Assembly: GCA_025558095.1 (NCBI GenBank)
Contig: JAIVFI010000043.1
Span: 186,001 to 250,000 of the forward strand
Direction of reading: 5' to 3'
DNA length: 64,000 nt
DNA from: Hyaloraphidium curvatum SAG 235-1
Taxonomy: Eukaryota; Fungi; Monoblepharomycota
The notes beneath the pieces are model-generated. The model was given only the letters and a program-made list of their open reading frames with translations, did no database searches and had not been told where the DNA came from. This document shows, one piece after another, positions 1-14,856 of this stretch (its first letter is position 1; each line of letters opens with the position of its first letter). A program made the position numbers and the translations under genes.

Positions 1-691
1 CGCTGTCGAGCTGCAACGACCTGTGCCTGCTGGACGACGGCGGGTTCGTACGCCCGCCTCCACACCTACTCCCGAACCAACCTTGATCTCACCCTTCCAA
101 CCCGCAGGCACCTCGTCGCCTCGGGCCACCTCGACAACAACATCCGGATCTGGGACATGGCCACCGGCAAGCTCATCCGCGAGCTCACGGGCCTGCACTC
201 GGAGCAGATCACCTCGGTCGAGGTGTCCGAAGGCAAGCCGCCCCCGACCGCCCTCCCTCCCCTTCCCAACCTTCCCTCCCGCCCCGGCAGACCGCACCCA
301 GATCCTCACCACCTCCCGCGACAACACCCTCCGCCTCGTCGACGCGCGCACCTTCCTCCCCCTGGCGCAGATGTCCGCCCCCGCCTTCCGCGTCGCCGCC
401 AACCACGCCAAGTCGGCGCTGTCCGCCGACGCGCGCTACGCGTGCTCGGGGTCGGCGGACGGGGGGGTGTACTTCTGGAACTGCGCGAGCGGGAACCCCG
501 AGCCGACGCTGAGGGGGCATTCGTGGGTTGTGCTGCCGGTGCCGCGAGGGTGGTGGGGCTGACGCGAGGCGGTTTGCAGGGCGCCGGTGTGCTCCGTGTC
601 GTGGTCGCCGCTGGGCGGCGCGAGGGTGTTCAGCATGGATACCAAGAAGGGGATCGTGATCTGGGGCGGGCAGGGGGACGCGTACGGCTGA
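1..691 (+). CDS. ATG16: ATG16/ATG16L1-like WD40 repeat protein, 3' part (5' end outside window)
   Basis: Spliced reading SSCNDL..SGHLDNNIRIWD..ILTTSRDNTLRLVD..SAPAF..GSADGGVYFWN..VSWSP..IVIW follows the ATG16L1 WD40 C-terminus. GC-AG intron at 233-290; stop TGA 689-691. Confidence 0.75.
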
Positions 692-1052
692 GGGCGGATA
701 GAAGGGCCGGACAGAAAGGCAAACGTGCCGAGGGCACGCTGCACGGAGCCATTGCTTCGCTGCTTGGGCGCGACGACGGCGTCGGCTCTTCGCCTCGCCT
801 GAGGCGAGGCCGATTTGCGGCGCCAAAGGCAGACTAGCTGTCACGCCTCGGACGCCGACTGATCCGATCCAGTCACCCTGCGTTGTGCGGGATCGCAAGG
901 ACGAGTTCCTTGCCGGATCAACTCGGAGCGAGATGGTTCGATCACTGCGATTCGAATCATTCACGTACACTGCGAACTCTCCGCCTCTAATATATCTTGA
1001 CCTTTGACCTGGGATCAGCACCTGCACCTTTTCTGTCCGATCGTCCGTCCGC

Positions 1053-1776
1053 TCAGAGCGCAATGGCTGCGGTGCCGGCGTGGTCCGCGACCACGATGGT
1101 CGGGATCGACGAGTGCTTCAGGACGTGCTCGGCGTTGGAGGGGTGCGAGAACATGCTGTCCAGGGCATCAGAACGCCATTCCCCGGCGGCTTGATCGCAA
1201 CCTACCCGTGCTTCTCATCGTAGCCGACGATCAGCGCCTCGACGCCAAGACCGGGAGCGGCCTCGGCGATGAACTCGCCGGGGTTGCCGTGGCTCGTCGT
1301 CTTGACCGTGATGTCGATCTTCTTCGGCGACTTCTCCTGCGCCGACTTGACCGTCTTTTTCAGCTTGCGGAGGGCGGCAGTCTGCATCTTGGTGTCCTCT
1401 TCCTCGACCGAGAACCCCACAAAGCCCTCAGCGGCGCCCTCGACCTCGGTGGGGTCGTTGGTGCAGATGAGGACAAAGAGAGAGTCTCCGTCGGCGAGGA
1501 TGAACTTCCAAGCGTTCAGGAGGCCGGCGTGCGCCGCCTTGCTGCCGTCGAAGCCGTAGCAGTCTGCGGAACAGGGAGTGTTAGCAAGGCATACATTGCT
1601 GGTGCTGGCTCGGCCAGCAGAGCTCTTTCTCGGTGGTCCCAGCGGGGCTCCGCCGTTGGCAAATGCTCGCGGCGCTGGCATGACTCGCCGGCACGGCCGC
1701 TGTCCGGACCGGCGCCGCCGGAGGCGACGGCGTCCGGGCGCCCCGCTAGGCGGGGAGGATACGCACACTTGACCAT
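1053..1776 (-). CDS. Universal stress protein (USP) family
   Basis: Spliced MVKYCYGFDGSKAA...GNPGEFIAEAA..VEALIVG...SNAEHVLKHSSIPTIVV matches the USP fold pattern. Two introns. Confidence 0.7.
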
Positions 1777-2323
1777 TCTGGCGTGCGGAGTAGTGAGGCG
1801 GCGGGAGGAAAGGCTCTTCAGACGAGGAAATGAAGTGGCGTCGGGCGATCCGTGACGTAAGGGACGCTCTTGTTGACCCAACCCCCAATCCCCTGATGCC
1901 GCCGCCGAACGCGGAAATAACATTTCGGCGCTCGCAAGCTCCTTCATAACAGAAACCCGAAATCGCTACGTCTGCCTTGCACTGCTGATCAATTCGTTTT
2001 GCGATCAGCCCAAGTTGCCTCCCAGGCAGCAACCCGTGCCAGGGAGGAGCGAAGGAGAGGCGTCGGTCGGTTCATCCGGCCGGTGGGCGTCGCCGCAACA
2101 CTCCCAATGGCTAGAATATCATTCCTACTTTCGTTTTCCGGTGAAGCCTCAGGGCCCCGTCGAGTTCAGGGAGGCGGCGGTAGCACGTGTCAAAGGGTCT
2201 GCCGATCAAACAAACCTAAACAACGCCCGCGGCCGCGAAATTGCCGGCCGCGGCGGGCCCTCGCGCCGCGTGCCGGACGCGCGGCGGCGCTTCCGTGGCA
2301 TCTAGGGCCAGATTTTGGGCGCG

Positions 2324-3747
2324 ATGGTCGGCGGCGGTGCTTCGCTCGCGTTGTACCTCCTCCTCGCTCTTTTCCTTCCGTGCACCGCCCTGCCCGACAT
2401 CAGGGACCATCCCCGGGCCGACCGGACCCTTGCTGGAAACAAAAGCACACACCCGGCCGTGCCTGAACTGCCGCGTTTTTCCTCAGCATCCCCGACAAAC
2501 AGAATGGTCAACGCCGAAGACCGCTTCTTCCGCGACGCGTTCGCCAAGCTGCTCACCAAGGATGTCCCGGCCCCGCACAGCAACGGCGCGCCCACGGACA
2601 TCTTTGCGAGCCGCGACGCAGAGCTCATCACGATTGTGCGCGGCAACGTCCCGATTGTGATCACAGCGGGCCACGGCGGTGAATTGCCCATCCCCGTCAA
2701 CTACGCCTTTGCCAAGGGGCAGGAGATTCCGACGAGGCCGGGGCCGGTGGATGCCGCGGAGCCCGAGTCGGAAGAGGCCGCGGAAAAGCTGTTCGTGCCC
2801 AGCCGGAGCAAGAAGCATCTCCCGGGCTTCGAGACGGTCGAGGATTACCTCACGGACCGGATCGCCGAGCTCGTGTTCCTGAGGCTTGTCACACTGCTGA
2901 ACCCGGGAGCCGACGCCGCCACGGCGCCCTTGATCGCTGCCCTCGAGAAATCCGGTCTCGCGGTGCCCCACCTTGTCGTTGCTAGGTTCTCCAGAGAGTT
3001 CTGCGACGTCAACCGCGCGGCACCTCTTGGGGCCGAGCACCCTGCTTCGCTGGCGGCCCACGAGGCTTACCATGCTGCCATCCGCCGCGCTGTTGACAGC
3101 GCCGTTCCCGGCGACGGCCTGCTTCTCGACATTCACGGCCAGTCCGTGGTGCCCGAAGTCGCCCTGCGCGGTACCATGGATGGCGTGACGGTCGCCAATA
3201 TGCTGGCAAAATACGGGCGCGAAGCATTTGACGAGACGGCAAGCTCGCTTTTTGGCAAGATGGAAGAGTGCGGCCTGCCGATCGGTCCTTCCGGACTTGC
3301 CTGGGCCAAGGACGGGGACGCCGCCAAGCGGGTCGTCCTCGATGATCGCCTGGCCGTGAAGGGCCTGCAGAAGGGCAGGCCCGGCGGCGAGTACCGTGAC
3401 CCTCCCAAGGGCTCCGTGGCGGAAGACCCGGACTTCATCGGCGGATGGACGGTGCAGCAGTGAGTGATGGTCTGTGACGGGACGAGGCCTGCCTTTTGAC
3501 TGATGGGTTGCTTCTGCGCAGCTACGGCTCCCACACCGACATTGCGCTCGGCGACATCTTCTCGTACGACCCCGACACGGGCAAGAAGCTTGCCTTCGTC
3601 GCGGCGAAACCGCCGGGGATCGATGCCGTCCAGCTGGAGGTCGGTCGCGATTATCGCCAGGAGGGAGCCGAGCTTGGCAAGACCGCCGATGCCATGGCCG
3701 AAGGCATCGCCGTCTACTACGACCATTACCTGCCCAAGAGGGGTTGA
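2324..3747 (+). CDS. N-formylglutamate amidohydrolase-like protein with predicted signal peptide
   Basis: Motifs PIVITAGHGG, D..TD, ARFSR..CDVNR, YHAAI, LLLDIHG, GGWT, IDAVQLE. Hydrophobic N-terminus LALYLLLALFLPCTA. One intron ~3461-3521. Confidence 0.7.
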
Positions 3748-3911
3748 TCTTTGCCTGCACAAGAGGATTGAGTTTGCGCTTGTGGCTTGGAGACATTGGA
3801 CGAAAAAGGCCCGGTGGCCAGGGGATTGGGCTGGGGACTTGGATCGCAAGGTGGCATGGAGATCAGGGAATGGTATACCACAACGGGGCACGAGAGTATT
3901 GCAGCGGCGCA

Positions 3912-6401
3912 CTAGAGTCGCGCCGCTGCAATCTCTCCCCACGGGATATCCTCTACATAGCTTGTTGGATAGAAGCCACGACGCCGCTTGACTTTGACGC
4001 CCCCATCTTCGTCCGGAATCTTCTCGTCAATCTCACCCAGGCTCCAGAAGTCACCGAACTTCCGAAGCACGCGGACGATCTGCCCCTTCGAAGTGAGGGG
4101 CAGCTCGTCAGCCTGGAGAGGCATGTGCAGCTGGATGACCGTTGCTGCAAGGAAGGGTTAGATCCGAGAAACACGAACCGTCGCACGCCGATGCTACCTA
4201 AGCAGATGGGGTCCATGATCTCCGACGTGTCGTACGGGTCAAAGTCGGCTTCGTTCCGGACAGCCTGCGAGTCCACGCTCTCCTCGGTGTACCCTCGCTT
4301 CAGCTGCCTGCGGACCCCGGGTCCCTCGAGCCGATTTGCGTAAAAGGCGGCCACCTCTTCCTGGGTCAGTCCCGCCAGCTCGCCGCGAAGCTTCTGCTCC
4401 GCCCGCAGCTCAATCTCGTCCATTGCAGCAAACTCGTCCGCTGTGTCGGCAACGTCCTCCGATAACGGTGCTCCGGCGAGCACCGCCGGCACGGCATCCG
4501 CGGAGTCCATTTTGCACTCCTTGACAAAGAACTGCACCATCTCCGGATGCGGTGGGTTCAGCTGCTGCGCGAAGTTGAGGGCGTTGAAGCCCTTCCGATC
4601 GCGGTAGCGTGGGTCTGCCCCCAGCTCCACCAGTTTCCGCACCGACGGCAAGTTGCCTGCACGCGCAGCCCAAAGGAGCGGGGTGCTGGCAGCTTCCCCG
4701 GCCTTGGCCTCCAAATCCGCTCCCTTGGAACCTAAGTATTCCACGCAGCGCACGTGCCCGTTGACGGCTGCCAGATGCAGCGCAGTCGCGCCGTTGCTGC
4801 CGGGCTGAGTGTCGTCCACGGCGTAGAATTGGTTGTCGAGCAGGTAGACCATGCGCTCTAGGATCCCAAAGTGCGCGGCCTGGAAGAGATCGCCCATCAC
4901 TGCGACCATGTACGCCACGCAACCCGGCCGGCCCGAAGACAGTGCGAGCTGCAGGCAATCGAAACCCTGCCCATCCTTGATCGTCGGATCACCGCCTGCT
5001 TTGTACAGCAGGTGCACGATTTCCACGTGACCCGACTTGCAGCCCCAATGCAACGGCGTCGCGTCGAGCTTTCCCGCCTTGAGGTTGGGATCCGCTCCTT
5101 TCCCTGCAACGAGAAGCATTAGAATCCGTACCAAAGGGCCAGCTTCAGTGCGCGCACCAACCTAGGAGGTAACGTGCAACCTCGACGTGGTTCTGCGCAG
5201 ATGCCAAATGCAGCGGCGTCACATTATCGTTCGCCGAATCCCACTCGTTCGGGCCCGCGGCCCGGCTCTCGATCAGCTGCTGGACCCGGGCGAGGTTGCC
5301 GTTGTACGCCGCGGCCCAGATGGACATGGCCCGGCCAGACTCCCGGAGGACGCGCTCGTTCTCCAATCTCTCTTGTTCGCGCCTCCTGTCCTCCTCAAGC
5401 CGTGACTGCCGGTTGGCAGAGACGTCCCAGCGATAGTCGGCTTCGAGCTCCTTCAGCACCGAAACCTTGCGCTTCGTGCCCCGCGGTTCCGACTGCTTGG
5501 CATCCTTGCCGCCTGCGAGGAACGGGGCCGTGCTCGTCTTTCCAAAGTCGTCGGCCGTGCGCAGGTGGCTCGACGCGCCAAGCCCTTCCACAGCCTCCCC
5601 TTCCTCCGGCAACGCTGCGGGCGCAGGCTTCGTTCCCTCTCCGTCCGAGCCGAAAACGTTCTCCATCTTTGTCTCCTGATAAGCAGGTCCCTCGGAATCG
5701 CCATCCGGTGCGGTAGAGGGCGGCGGCCGGATGGGAAAGATGGGAGCAACGAGAGGAACGTCGTCCGGCGGCCCGCTTGGTGCGGGGTCCGCAAGAGCGG
5801 CCGCGATAGCGTCTTCCGGGCCGCCTTCGGCTGCCTCCACAGCTTCCATCTTCTCCCCCACGGGCATGCCATCGATCGCAGGTTCCGGGAGCCCCGGTGT
5901 GGGAGCCCGCTTCCTGGTCCGCTCCCAAGCTTCGTCCAGAGCGATCAGGTCGATATCCGGCTCCATGCCCAGCGTCTTCAGCGCCTCCGGCGTCGGCCCC
6001 GCGTCCTCCATCATGAGCTTCGTCAGGGTCGAGGAACCTGCCACCATGACGGGCGCGCTGACGGGGCCCGAGATCATGTCCTTGCTGACTTTGGGGCCGC
6101 CTTTGCGGTGGCGGCGCGAATCCTTCCGCTCAGGGAGCGGAGACGTCGCGGTAGGCGTTGAGATGCCACTGCGGCGCACGTCCTCACGTTCCAGCGGGAG
6201 CGAAATGGCATCCTTGTCCACCTTGACCCTCTTCCGCGGGCTGGACCCGAACCCGCCCCCGTCCTTCGACGCGAGTTTGGCCAGCAAATCGTTCATGCTC
6301 GTCGCGCCGAGCCAGTTGCTCGACGCCGCGGTGTCCTTCCGGGCCAGGGCGTCCCGCGAGGCCGGCATGGGCGCCGAGATTTTGGACTTGTCGATGCCCA
6401 T
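3912..6401 (-). CDS. Ankyrin-repeat protein with C-terminal SH3 domain
   Basis: Ankyrin motifs TPLHLAS, ATPLHWGC, TALHLAA, STPLLWAA. Last exon ADELPL..KGQIVRVL..WSLGE..RRGFYPTSYVE is SH3-like. Confidence 0.75.
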
Positions 6402-6604
6402 CGCGCCCCGCGTCCTCTAGGCAACGACGATATGAGGACGACCGACGCGCGAGGCGCCGAACGAGACGCGTCTGGAGCGTTTGCTGGGCAACGGCGCGAG
6501 ATGGAACTTCGCGGTCGTGGTCAGCGGTCAGGGTCGATCAGTCACGCATCCAGGAGACACGTCGCACGCCAATCTATTCTGCGGACAATCGCCGCCCGAA
6601 AGCT

Positions 6605-8043
<1,439 letters not shown>

Positions 8044-8073
8044 TCAAGCTCCCATCCTCCCCGCACCCCCCCG

Positions 8074-9012
8074 ATGGCGGAAGCGGGCGCGTCTGCGCCG
8101 CCGGCGGGGCACGTCGAGTACCCGCTGCTGTCGGCGGACAGCGACAGCTCCGACAACGACGACTTCGGTGGGGCGGGCGCGCCTTCCCGGTCCCCTCCCT
8201 CACCCTCGTCGCAGGCAGCAAGTCGTACCGGCCAAACAACCGCGGCAACAAGCTGAAGCGGCGCGCGCTGGAGCCCGACCACGCGCTGCCGCACGCGCGC
8301 CCCGTGCTGTGGGCGAACCGCGTCGACGAGAACATGCAGGTCGGCCGCCCGCGCCCCCCGTTGGACGCGCCGTGACGGCCCCCGCAGTACTTTGCCCTGG
8401 ACAAGAAGCGGCGCGCAATCATCAGCAAGCGCTCGCGGTATACGGACGACTACAAGCCGTCGCCGGACGACCCGTACGCGGGGATAAACGTCGAAGGTCG
8501 GGGCAGGCGGCGCCCGCTGGAATCCCCGCGTGACGCCGTCCGCCGCAGAGATTTGGGCCCTGCCGGACCGGCCGGAGGACGTGAAGCGGCACGCGCCGAC
8601 CGTGCGGACGCTGCGGAGCAGGCAGCTCCGCATCATCTGCGACGACGCCATGACCATGATCGAGTCGGAGAAGGAGCTTGCAAAGCAGCTGACGCGGTTG
8701 ACGGACGTGCTGCAGCAGGACGACCCGTCGTACCAGGACGTGGACTTTGAGCGGGACGGGATCCAGCCGGAGCTGGTGAAGGATGCCCTCGATTCGGCGC
8801 AGGTGGGCCGCCCGCGGCGTCGTTTCCCCTCCGGCGCCAAACATCCGCTCCCGCAGGAGTACCTGAACTGCGTCAACGAGTACATCAACCAGATCGAGAC
8901 GGTACGGCAGGGGCTGATAACCACCTACAACAAGAAGCGGGAGCTGGCGAAGGAGCTGGTCCCCTTCAATCCGCCGGCCAACGCGGGCGGCCAAAGAAAG
9001 AATGTACAATAG
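8074..9012 (+). CDS. RXT2: Rxt2-like Rpd3L histone deacetylase complex subunit
   Basis: NNRGNKLKRRA and DDPYAGINVEEIWALPDRPEDV resemble the RXT2 N-terminal domain. Confidence 0.6.
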
Positions 9013-9157
9013 GTTGCTCATGATTGGATACCATTTGCTTTGTCGAAGGAATGCTTGGCAGCTGCGATGCCGAAGGATTCGGGGGGTGACCGGGCGTCGC
9101 GTCGAACAACACGAGCGACATGTTCCCGGGCCTGTAGGGCCAGACCGCGGCGAGGAC

Positions 9158-12086
9158 ATGGCCGCGGCTGGCGAGGACATTGCGGCGCTCAAAGCGCTGA
9201 CCGATGCCGAGGAGATTAAGAACCACCTGCGGCTGCTCAATGCGGACGAGTCGCGCGTCGACGCGGAGCTGGACGCCGCCCTGCGCGGGCAGGGGGACCT
9301 GGAACGGAGCCTGGAGATGCTGGACGTGCTGCGGTACGCTCCCTCGCGAGGAGGCGGCGTTCAATGGGCTCACGATCGCGGTGGAAGACCGCAGCTGGGG
9401 ATCCTGAAGAACGACGCGGGCCAGCTCCTGGAGGTCGTCAGCAGGACGGCTGCGCTGGCGGAGAAGATCAGCGAGAAAGTCCGCCGGCTCGACCTGGAAC
9501 AGGTGGGCCCTGGACCGCCTCCGCGGGAGCAGGGAGCGTTCTGACACCACGGACGTCGAACCAGTCGCGCGTTCGGTCAACCATGAAGCTGGTGGAGGAT
9601 ATCCAGGAGCTCAAGGTGGCCACGCCGGACTTGCTGGGTGTTTGGGCCCGAAGCTGACGTGCCGCGCGTGCCCAGACGCTCGTGACGGGGGTCGACGTGG
9701 CCATGTCCGGCAACGATTTCGAGTCCGCGGCCAAGCACATTCAGCGCTACCTCGCCTTCGATCCTAAGGTCATCGAGAGCCTTTTCGCGGACGCGTCGGT
9801 GGACAAGCAGTACCTGTCGGAGAATGGGGCCGCCTTCATCACCCCGGGCTCGCTGAGCGAACTTGCGGCCGGGGAGTCGCCGGTGGAGAAGATGAAGAAG
9901 GCGCGGGGCGAGCTCGTGGACACGCTGTCGCAGCGTTTCGACAAGGCGGTCGAGGCGGGGAGCGACGAGGGCATCCTGCGGTTCTTCAAGCTCTTCCCGC
10001 TCATCGGGTACCCGGAGCTCGGGCTGGACAAGTACGCCACTTTCGTCTGCAGCACCGTGGCGAGAAAGTCCCAGGAGCACATGAGGAGCAGCTCCGCAAG
10101 TGGGTACACCGCAGGTGCGGTAGCTGGACGTGACGCCCACCCGCATTCAAGGCCCCACCTTCTACGCGGACTTGTTGACGAAGCTGTTCGAGTCGGTGGC
10201 TACCGTCGTCGACAAGCAATCGCCGCTAGTGGAGAGCACTTACGGTCCCGGCCGGATGTTGCGGATCATGCAGAGGCTGCAGAAGGAGACGGACATCCAG
10301 GCGAACGTGATCCTGGACACTTTCATGGAAAAGCGCGGAATTCGGCGAAAGGTGTCCTCGGTTGTTGGTGCAATTCCTCATGTCGCTGAACGTTTTCTCA
10401 TCAGCTTCTGGAAGTGAGCTCCTGGGAACCCTCCCAGCAGACCGCGGCCGCAAAAGCGGGATCCAAAGCCGTGGAATCGGACATCCGGGAGCTGGACCTC
10501 ATTCTGGCCGAGGTCACGCTTATCAGCCAGCGGACGCAGCTGTTCGACCGCTTCCTGCACGCGCGGGCGGCGGCGGAGATCGAGAAGGTCAAGGACTCGG
10601 ACTATGGCAACGCACTCAGCCGCACGCTCGACGTGCTGCACAAGGACGGCCTGGCAAAGACCAGCAGGTTGGACCAGCGTGTGCAGGAGCTAATGGGACA
10701 CTATGTCGTTTTGGAGGAGTTCTTCATCCGGCGTTCGATCGACAAGGTGCGTGGATCGGATCACGCCGCGTCCTTCGCGTCCGCTGACAGTTTGCTGCAG
10801 GCGATGAAGATCGACGAGTACGAGCGCGGAAACGCCACATCGTCGTGCGTGGACGATGTCTTCTACATCCTCAAGAAGTCGTCCGCCCGCATCATCTCGA
10901 CGGCCGATCCCGACAGTCTCTGCGCGATGATCAACGTTTTCGGCCAGGTTCTGGAGGCCGACTACATCAACGCGTTCCAGAAGCAGCTCTCCACCGCGTT
11001 TCCAAGCTTGGAGACTTCGGACTCGAAGATTGGGTTCATGGTACGTGCCTTTTCCAGATGATGCGTGGGTTAGGAAGCTCATGCGACTGGCAATCAGGTC
11101 ATTTTGAACAATGTGGACGTCAGCTGCGACTACCTCGCCAAGCTGGGGCAGGAGCTGGACAGGGACATTGCCCGAGCCCTTGGAAGTACCTTTGTCGCCA
11201 ATCAGCAGAAGATCGAGTCCTGCATATCCAACCTGGAGGATTCGGGCACCGGCTTCCGCCAGACCCTCAAGGTGAATCTCCCGTTTGTGCAAGCTATGAG
11301 CGCTCACGCCTCTCCGAAGTCCTGGCTCGAGAACTTCTTCAATCAGGCGCTGAATCCTCGGATAAAGACGCTTCTGCAAGAATCGTATAAGTTTGCGAAG
11401 TACGTGCTGACCGAGGAGGAGTACGCCGAAGAAGATCGCCTCGACGCCTTCGCGAAGCGAGTCACTTCGGGCCTGGACAAGATCATGGACATCACCAGGG
11501 TATGCTCCCATGTGCAGCCTGGCCGGTTGGGCACTTCTTATTCGCTGAACGCTGCCAGCAAACCTTCACCGACGCCAACAACCTCCACGTCATGAACCTA
11601 TCCGTGGAGTATGTCGCTAAGGAATGGGAGCGGCATATCTTCCATTCTGCCAAGTTCAATCCCGTGGGTGCTTGCCTCAGCGTCCGGAAACGAGCGCCTT
11701 TGACGCAATGCTTACGCGTCTAGCTCGGTGCAATCCGTTTCGACAAGGATCTGAGGTCCATAACCGCCTACTTCACTTCTCGCTCACAAGTCTTGGTTCG
11801 TGACAAGTTCGCACGACTGAGCCAGATGTCAACGCTCCTGAATTTGGAGAAGGTGGCCGCATGTTTGATTTCCCTCTCGGGCCCTGTCTAACATCCCCTT
11901 CACACGCGCCAGCTGACGGAAATCTACGACATCTGGGGCACTGTAACGTGGCGATTAACCGTGTCCGAAGGTGAGGGAGCGGGCCGTCTTCGCAAATACG
12001 TTACTGACTCGGCACTTTTAGTTCGGAAGGTGTTGGCGTTGAGGGTGGATGCTTCTGTCGACGCTATTGCGCGGATCAAGTTGTAA
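9158..12086 (+). CDS. COG4: Conserved oligomeric Golgi complex subunit 4
   Basis: ISEKVRRLDLEQSRV, RFFKLFPLIG, SSCVDDVFYILKK, LGAIRFDKDLR, VRDKFARLSQM, WRLT..EVRKVLALRVD. Many introns; stop TAA 12084-12086. Confidence 0.9.
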
Positions 12087-12125
12087 TCTGGATACCACTA
12101 TTGCATTTATTCCCCTTGATGAGTA

Positions 12126-13907
12126 TCACTCCCCCATCTCTCCGGCGTCGTCGCTGCGGTCCTCAAGCTGGAGATCGTCCAGAAGCTCCTCCAATGTAAT
12201 CTGCGGGAAGTCGCCGTCCTCTTCCCCTCCTTCCGAATCGGTGTCCATGCCGCCCTCGTCAACATCTTTCGCCTTCTTCCCCTGAGCCGCAACGTTCCCA
12301 GTCTTGTAAAGATTGATCATGCCGCGCAGCTCCTTGTCCTCCTCGAGATCGCGCAGGAAAGCCTCAAACTCCTGGTCGCGCTTCTCCGCGTCCTTGTCCT
12401 TCTCCACGAGTTCGCCCTGGTCCACGTCGAGCGTCCTCAGCTTCCAGTCTCGTGTCCGCTTTCCGTTCGCCTTGCGCATCTGCGGGTACGACTTCTTGAC
12501 GACCACAAGGTCCGGCATGACGAACCCATGCTTCCCTCCAGACTTGCCCTCCAGAAGAGCGGCCAAGGTGTCGTCGTTTAAGTTTGCGTTCCCCAGATCG
12601 TACGCCATGACGTGGTCACCGGGGTGAAGAATGTTGCCCAGGTGGGTCCGTGCGAGGAATGTGGTGGAAAAGTCGGTCGACTTCGCAAGTTCAAGGGTGG
12701 CTGGTTGGAATTTTGGGCTCCCGCCCGAGACCCGATCCTCGTACTGAACGTCAATGACGTAGTACTCGACCAAGTCCGTGGCACCGCAAAGGGCGGACAC
12801 GGGGCTGTCCCAGAACTGGTTGGCCCGGAGTTCAGCGGTCTTGCACGTCGCCGGGTCGATCAAGTGAATGACGTTGGAGACCCGCGTGCAGAGGACCAGC
12901 GGCCCGATCATGCCCAGGGCCCGCACGAGCTTCGGAGGCAGACACAGCAGATCGTCCTTGCAGACGGGCACAATCTCCACCGAGTACGTGTACTTGAAGA
13001 CCGCCGTCGACGAATGGACATCAGACGACAGAATCTTCTCCGAGGTCTTGACACGAACGGGCACGACCGTCTGAAGGAAATCCGCCATCCTGATGGCGTG
13101 AGTCCGTTGCCCGTAGAAGAAATCCAGTCCGTCCTTGGTCTCCTTGATGTTGATCGTGTCACGGTGGGCGTTGTGCTTCAGGATGAGCTGCTCCAGGAAG
13201 AGGAAGGTCCGCTTGTGGTTGACCTTCTGGCGGACCTGAACGACCGCGCGCCAGGTGTTCTTGGCAGCTATGCGGACGCAGTCCTCGCACTGCTGGTTCG
13301 CGACGACAAACTCGATGACAAAGATCTGCTGCAGGATCGTCGAGGCGAACACCTGCGACGAAAAACACCGTCAGTCGCCATCTCCTCCAACCACCATAGA
13401 ACTACCCGCCTCCTTCTGGATCGTGAGCTTGACCTTTACTCGCTTGGAGTGTGGTTCCGTCCAGATGAAGCCCGCGTCAACGAGCCGAACCTTGGAGAGG
13501 CCCCGGCCAAGCTTCCGCAAGCAGACCGTCATCAGCTCCCGGCTCTCCAAATCCGCCTTGACCCATCCCGAAGGCGGCTGAAGGTACCGCTCGCAGTCCC
13601 GGCAGAAGTGGAGCGTGCTGCTCTTCGGGATGCCTTCGGTGATGTCGACCTTGTTCCGGATGCAGTCGATACAGGTGTTTGCCGGGTTGGCGGCGATGGG
13701 AACGCCGCATTCACAGCAGAGGCTGTGTAAGGGGGAGAATGGGGCCGTTTGCCGACGGAGCAAGATCCCGCCGGCCAGCGGAGAAAGATCAGTGAGCGCC
13801 CCAAAAGCAAAGCAGCAGGTCGGGCGGTGAGCAGAATCTCAAAGCCGACAGAGATAGAGGACGTACATCGTGGCCGCCGTTTGGCGAGGAGGTGCGATGG
13901 CCTGCAT
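12126..13907 (-). CDS. NMD3: 60S ribosomal export adaptor NMD3
   Basis: MQAIAPPRQTAATILCCECG..CIDCIR, LESRELM, DAGFIWTEPHSKR, VQVRQKVNHKRTFLFLEQLILKH. Confidence 0.95.
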
Positions 13908-14052
13908 CGTAGCCCCGTTTGGTGTTTTGGGGCGCGGGCCGCGGGCTTATATGTCCTCTTTCTGAGACGCAAATTCGGTGCATGCGTGCACGCTGGCATT
14001 ATAGCGGCAGCCCTCATCCTGGAGCAAAGGATTCTGGTGGCAGACGACCGAA

Positions 14053-14650
14053 ATGAGCAGGCTGGGGCCCCGTGGTCGGAGGCCCGTGGCGGACGCGGCT
14101 TCGCGGTCCAGCACCCCGGACAACTCGGCGTCCATCGACGATGCCATGTCTTTCGACGACTCGATCGAAATCGACGAGCTGGACCAAACGACGGGCCTTT
14201 TTGAGGAACCGATAAACCTAAACGCGGCACATTCGTTCAAGAATCCGGCGTACAAGCCGCCGAAGAAGCCCCGAGGGTTGAAGCAGATCGTCACGGCGGA
14301 GAAGGGGACGCCGCACCCGGTCAACGCTGTCAGATGTTCGTGCGGATGGATGCCGCCGCAGTATTCACAGCTGACCCGTTCCTTCCGGCTCCAGACTGGA
14401 CCATTGATGCCACGCCTTCGCTAATGCCCCAGAAGAAATACTGCGATCTCACCGGACTCGAGGTCGGTGCTCGCCGCGTCGTCTAGCGCGTCTGGATTGC
14501 TCACTTCCAGCGGTCTAGGCGAAGTATACGGATCCCAAGACGGGGCTTCGCTACCACTCTGCGGACTGCTACCTGTACGTGCGCAAGCTTACCCCGGCTC
14601 AGGTGCAACAGCACCTGGCGCTGCGCAATGCCTCGACGCAGATTCGATGA
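14053..14650 (+). CDS. IES6: INO80 complex subunit Ies6/INO80C (YL1-C domain)
   Basis: SFKNPAY..LKQIV..IDATPSLMPQKKYCDLTGLEAKYTDPKTGLRY after splicing two introns. The start could instead be the ATG at 14146. Confidence 0.85.
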
Positions 14651-14856
14651 ATGGTGCTGATTCATGTTGCTTATACCACCTCATGCAATGTACATTCCAT
14701 GTTCGATGCCGATTTTGTCCTAGTAGCCTGGATGATGGTTCAACGACGTGCGAACTTCACCGTCCTAAACCTCCCCGTCCGGCATGAAACGCTCGTCAAG
14801 AGCTTTTCCGACCCGATAACACCAATTGATAACGGCCAATCGTGCGCCGAGCCGCG

